Both the position numbers and the translations under genes were made by a program. Positions 29,290 through 29,344 of a stretch of DNA of 29,344 bases are shown here, piece after piece (position 1 is the first letter of the stretch; each line of letters starts with the position of its first letter). Source of the DNA: Prasinococcaceae sp. CCMP 1430 (Eukaryota > Plantae > Prasinodermophyta); assembly GCA_013416795.1 (NCBI GenBank), contig RQSC01000964.1:1-29344 (forward strand), given 5' to 3'. The notes beneath the pieces were generated by a model, which ran no database searches, was not told where the DNA came from, and saw only the letters and a program-made list of their open reading frames with translations.

Positions 29290-29344
29290 GGGCGCGCGGC
29301 CGGCGCCGCTGCTGCGGACACACCAGACACCTGTGCGGTGTGCG

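Noticed and set aside
1-29344. CRISPR arrays, transposases, LTRs or introner-like repeated introns
   Set aside because: I saw no regularly spaced repeats or transposase/RT motifs, and no extended similarity between introns beyond splice signals.

Overview
Gene-dense, very GC-rich eukaryotic nuclear DNA with spliceosomal introns (GTGCG-type donors, GCTGAC branch points, TGTAA poly(A) signals). It is most consistent with a compact green-algal (prasinophyte-like) genome; this is inferred from signals and gene families, not from a database search. I can support about 17 protein-coding genes: RPL9, an F-box plus FGE-sulfatase-domain protein, FKBP17-1-like PPIase, TTBK/CK1-family kinase, a TPT-family phosphate translocator, a gamma-tubulin complex (GCP) fragment, a YbaK-like deacylase, the last exon of RPL22, mnmA, an EamA/DMT transporter, an amidohydrolase_2, an orphan protein, RPL4, complex I B15/NDUFB4, a RAP-domain protein, PP1 inhibitor-3 (absent from the ORF track) and AKR2-like STI1-ankyrin. 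There is also one solitary 5S rRNA gene with a TATA-like element and an oligo-T terminator. Three N gaps and two single-n positions fall mostly at gene 5' ends or divergent promoters, so several genes are 5'-incomplete. The best leads are the F-box/FGE fusion, the dispersed 5S gene amid 60S and translation genes, the out-of-frame PP1 inhibitor-3 start, the RPL22 exon with no visible 5' exons, and an in-frame GCP::TPT junction across a single n. I found no CRISPR array, tRNA or recognisable transposase.
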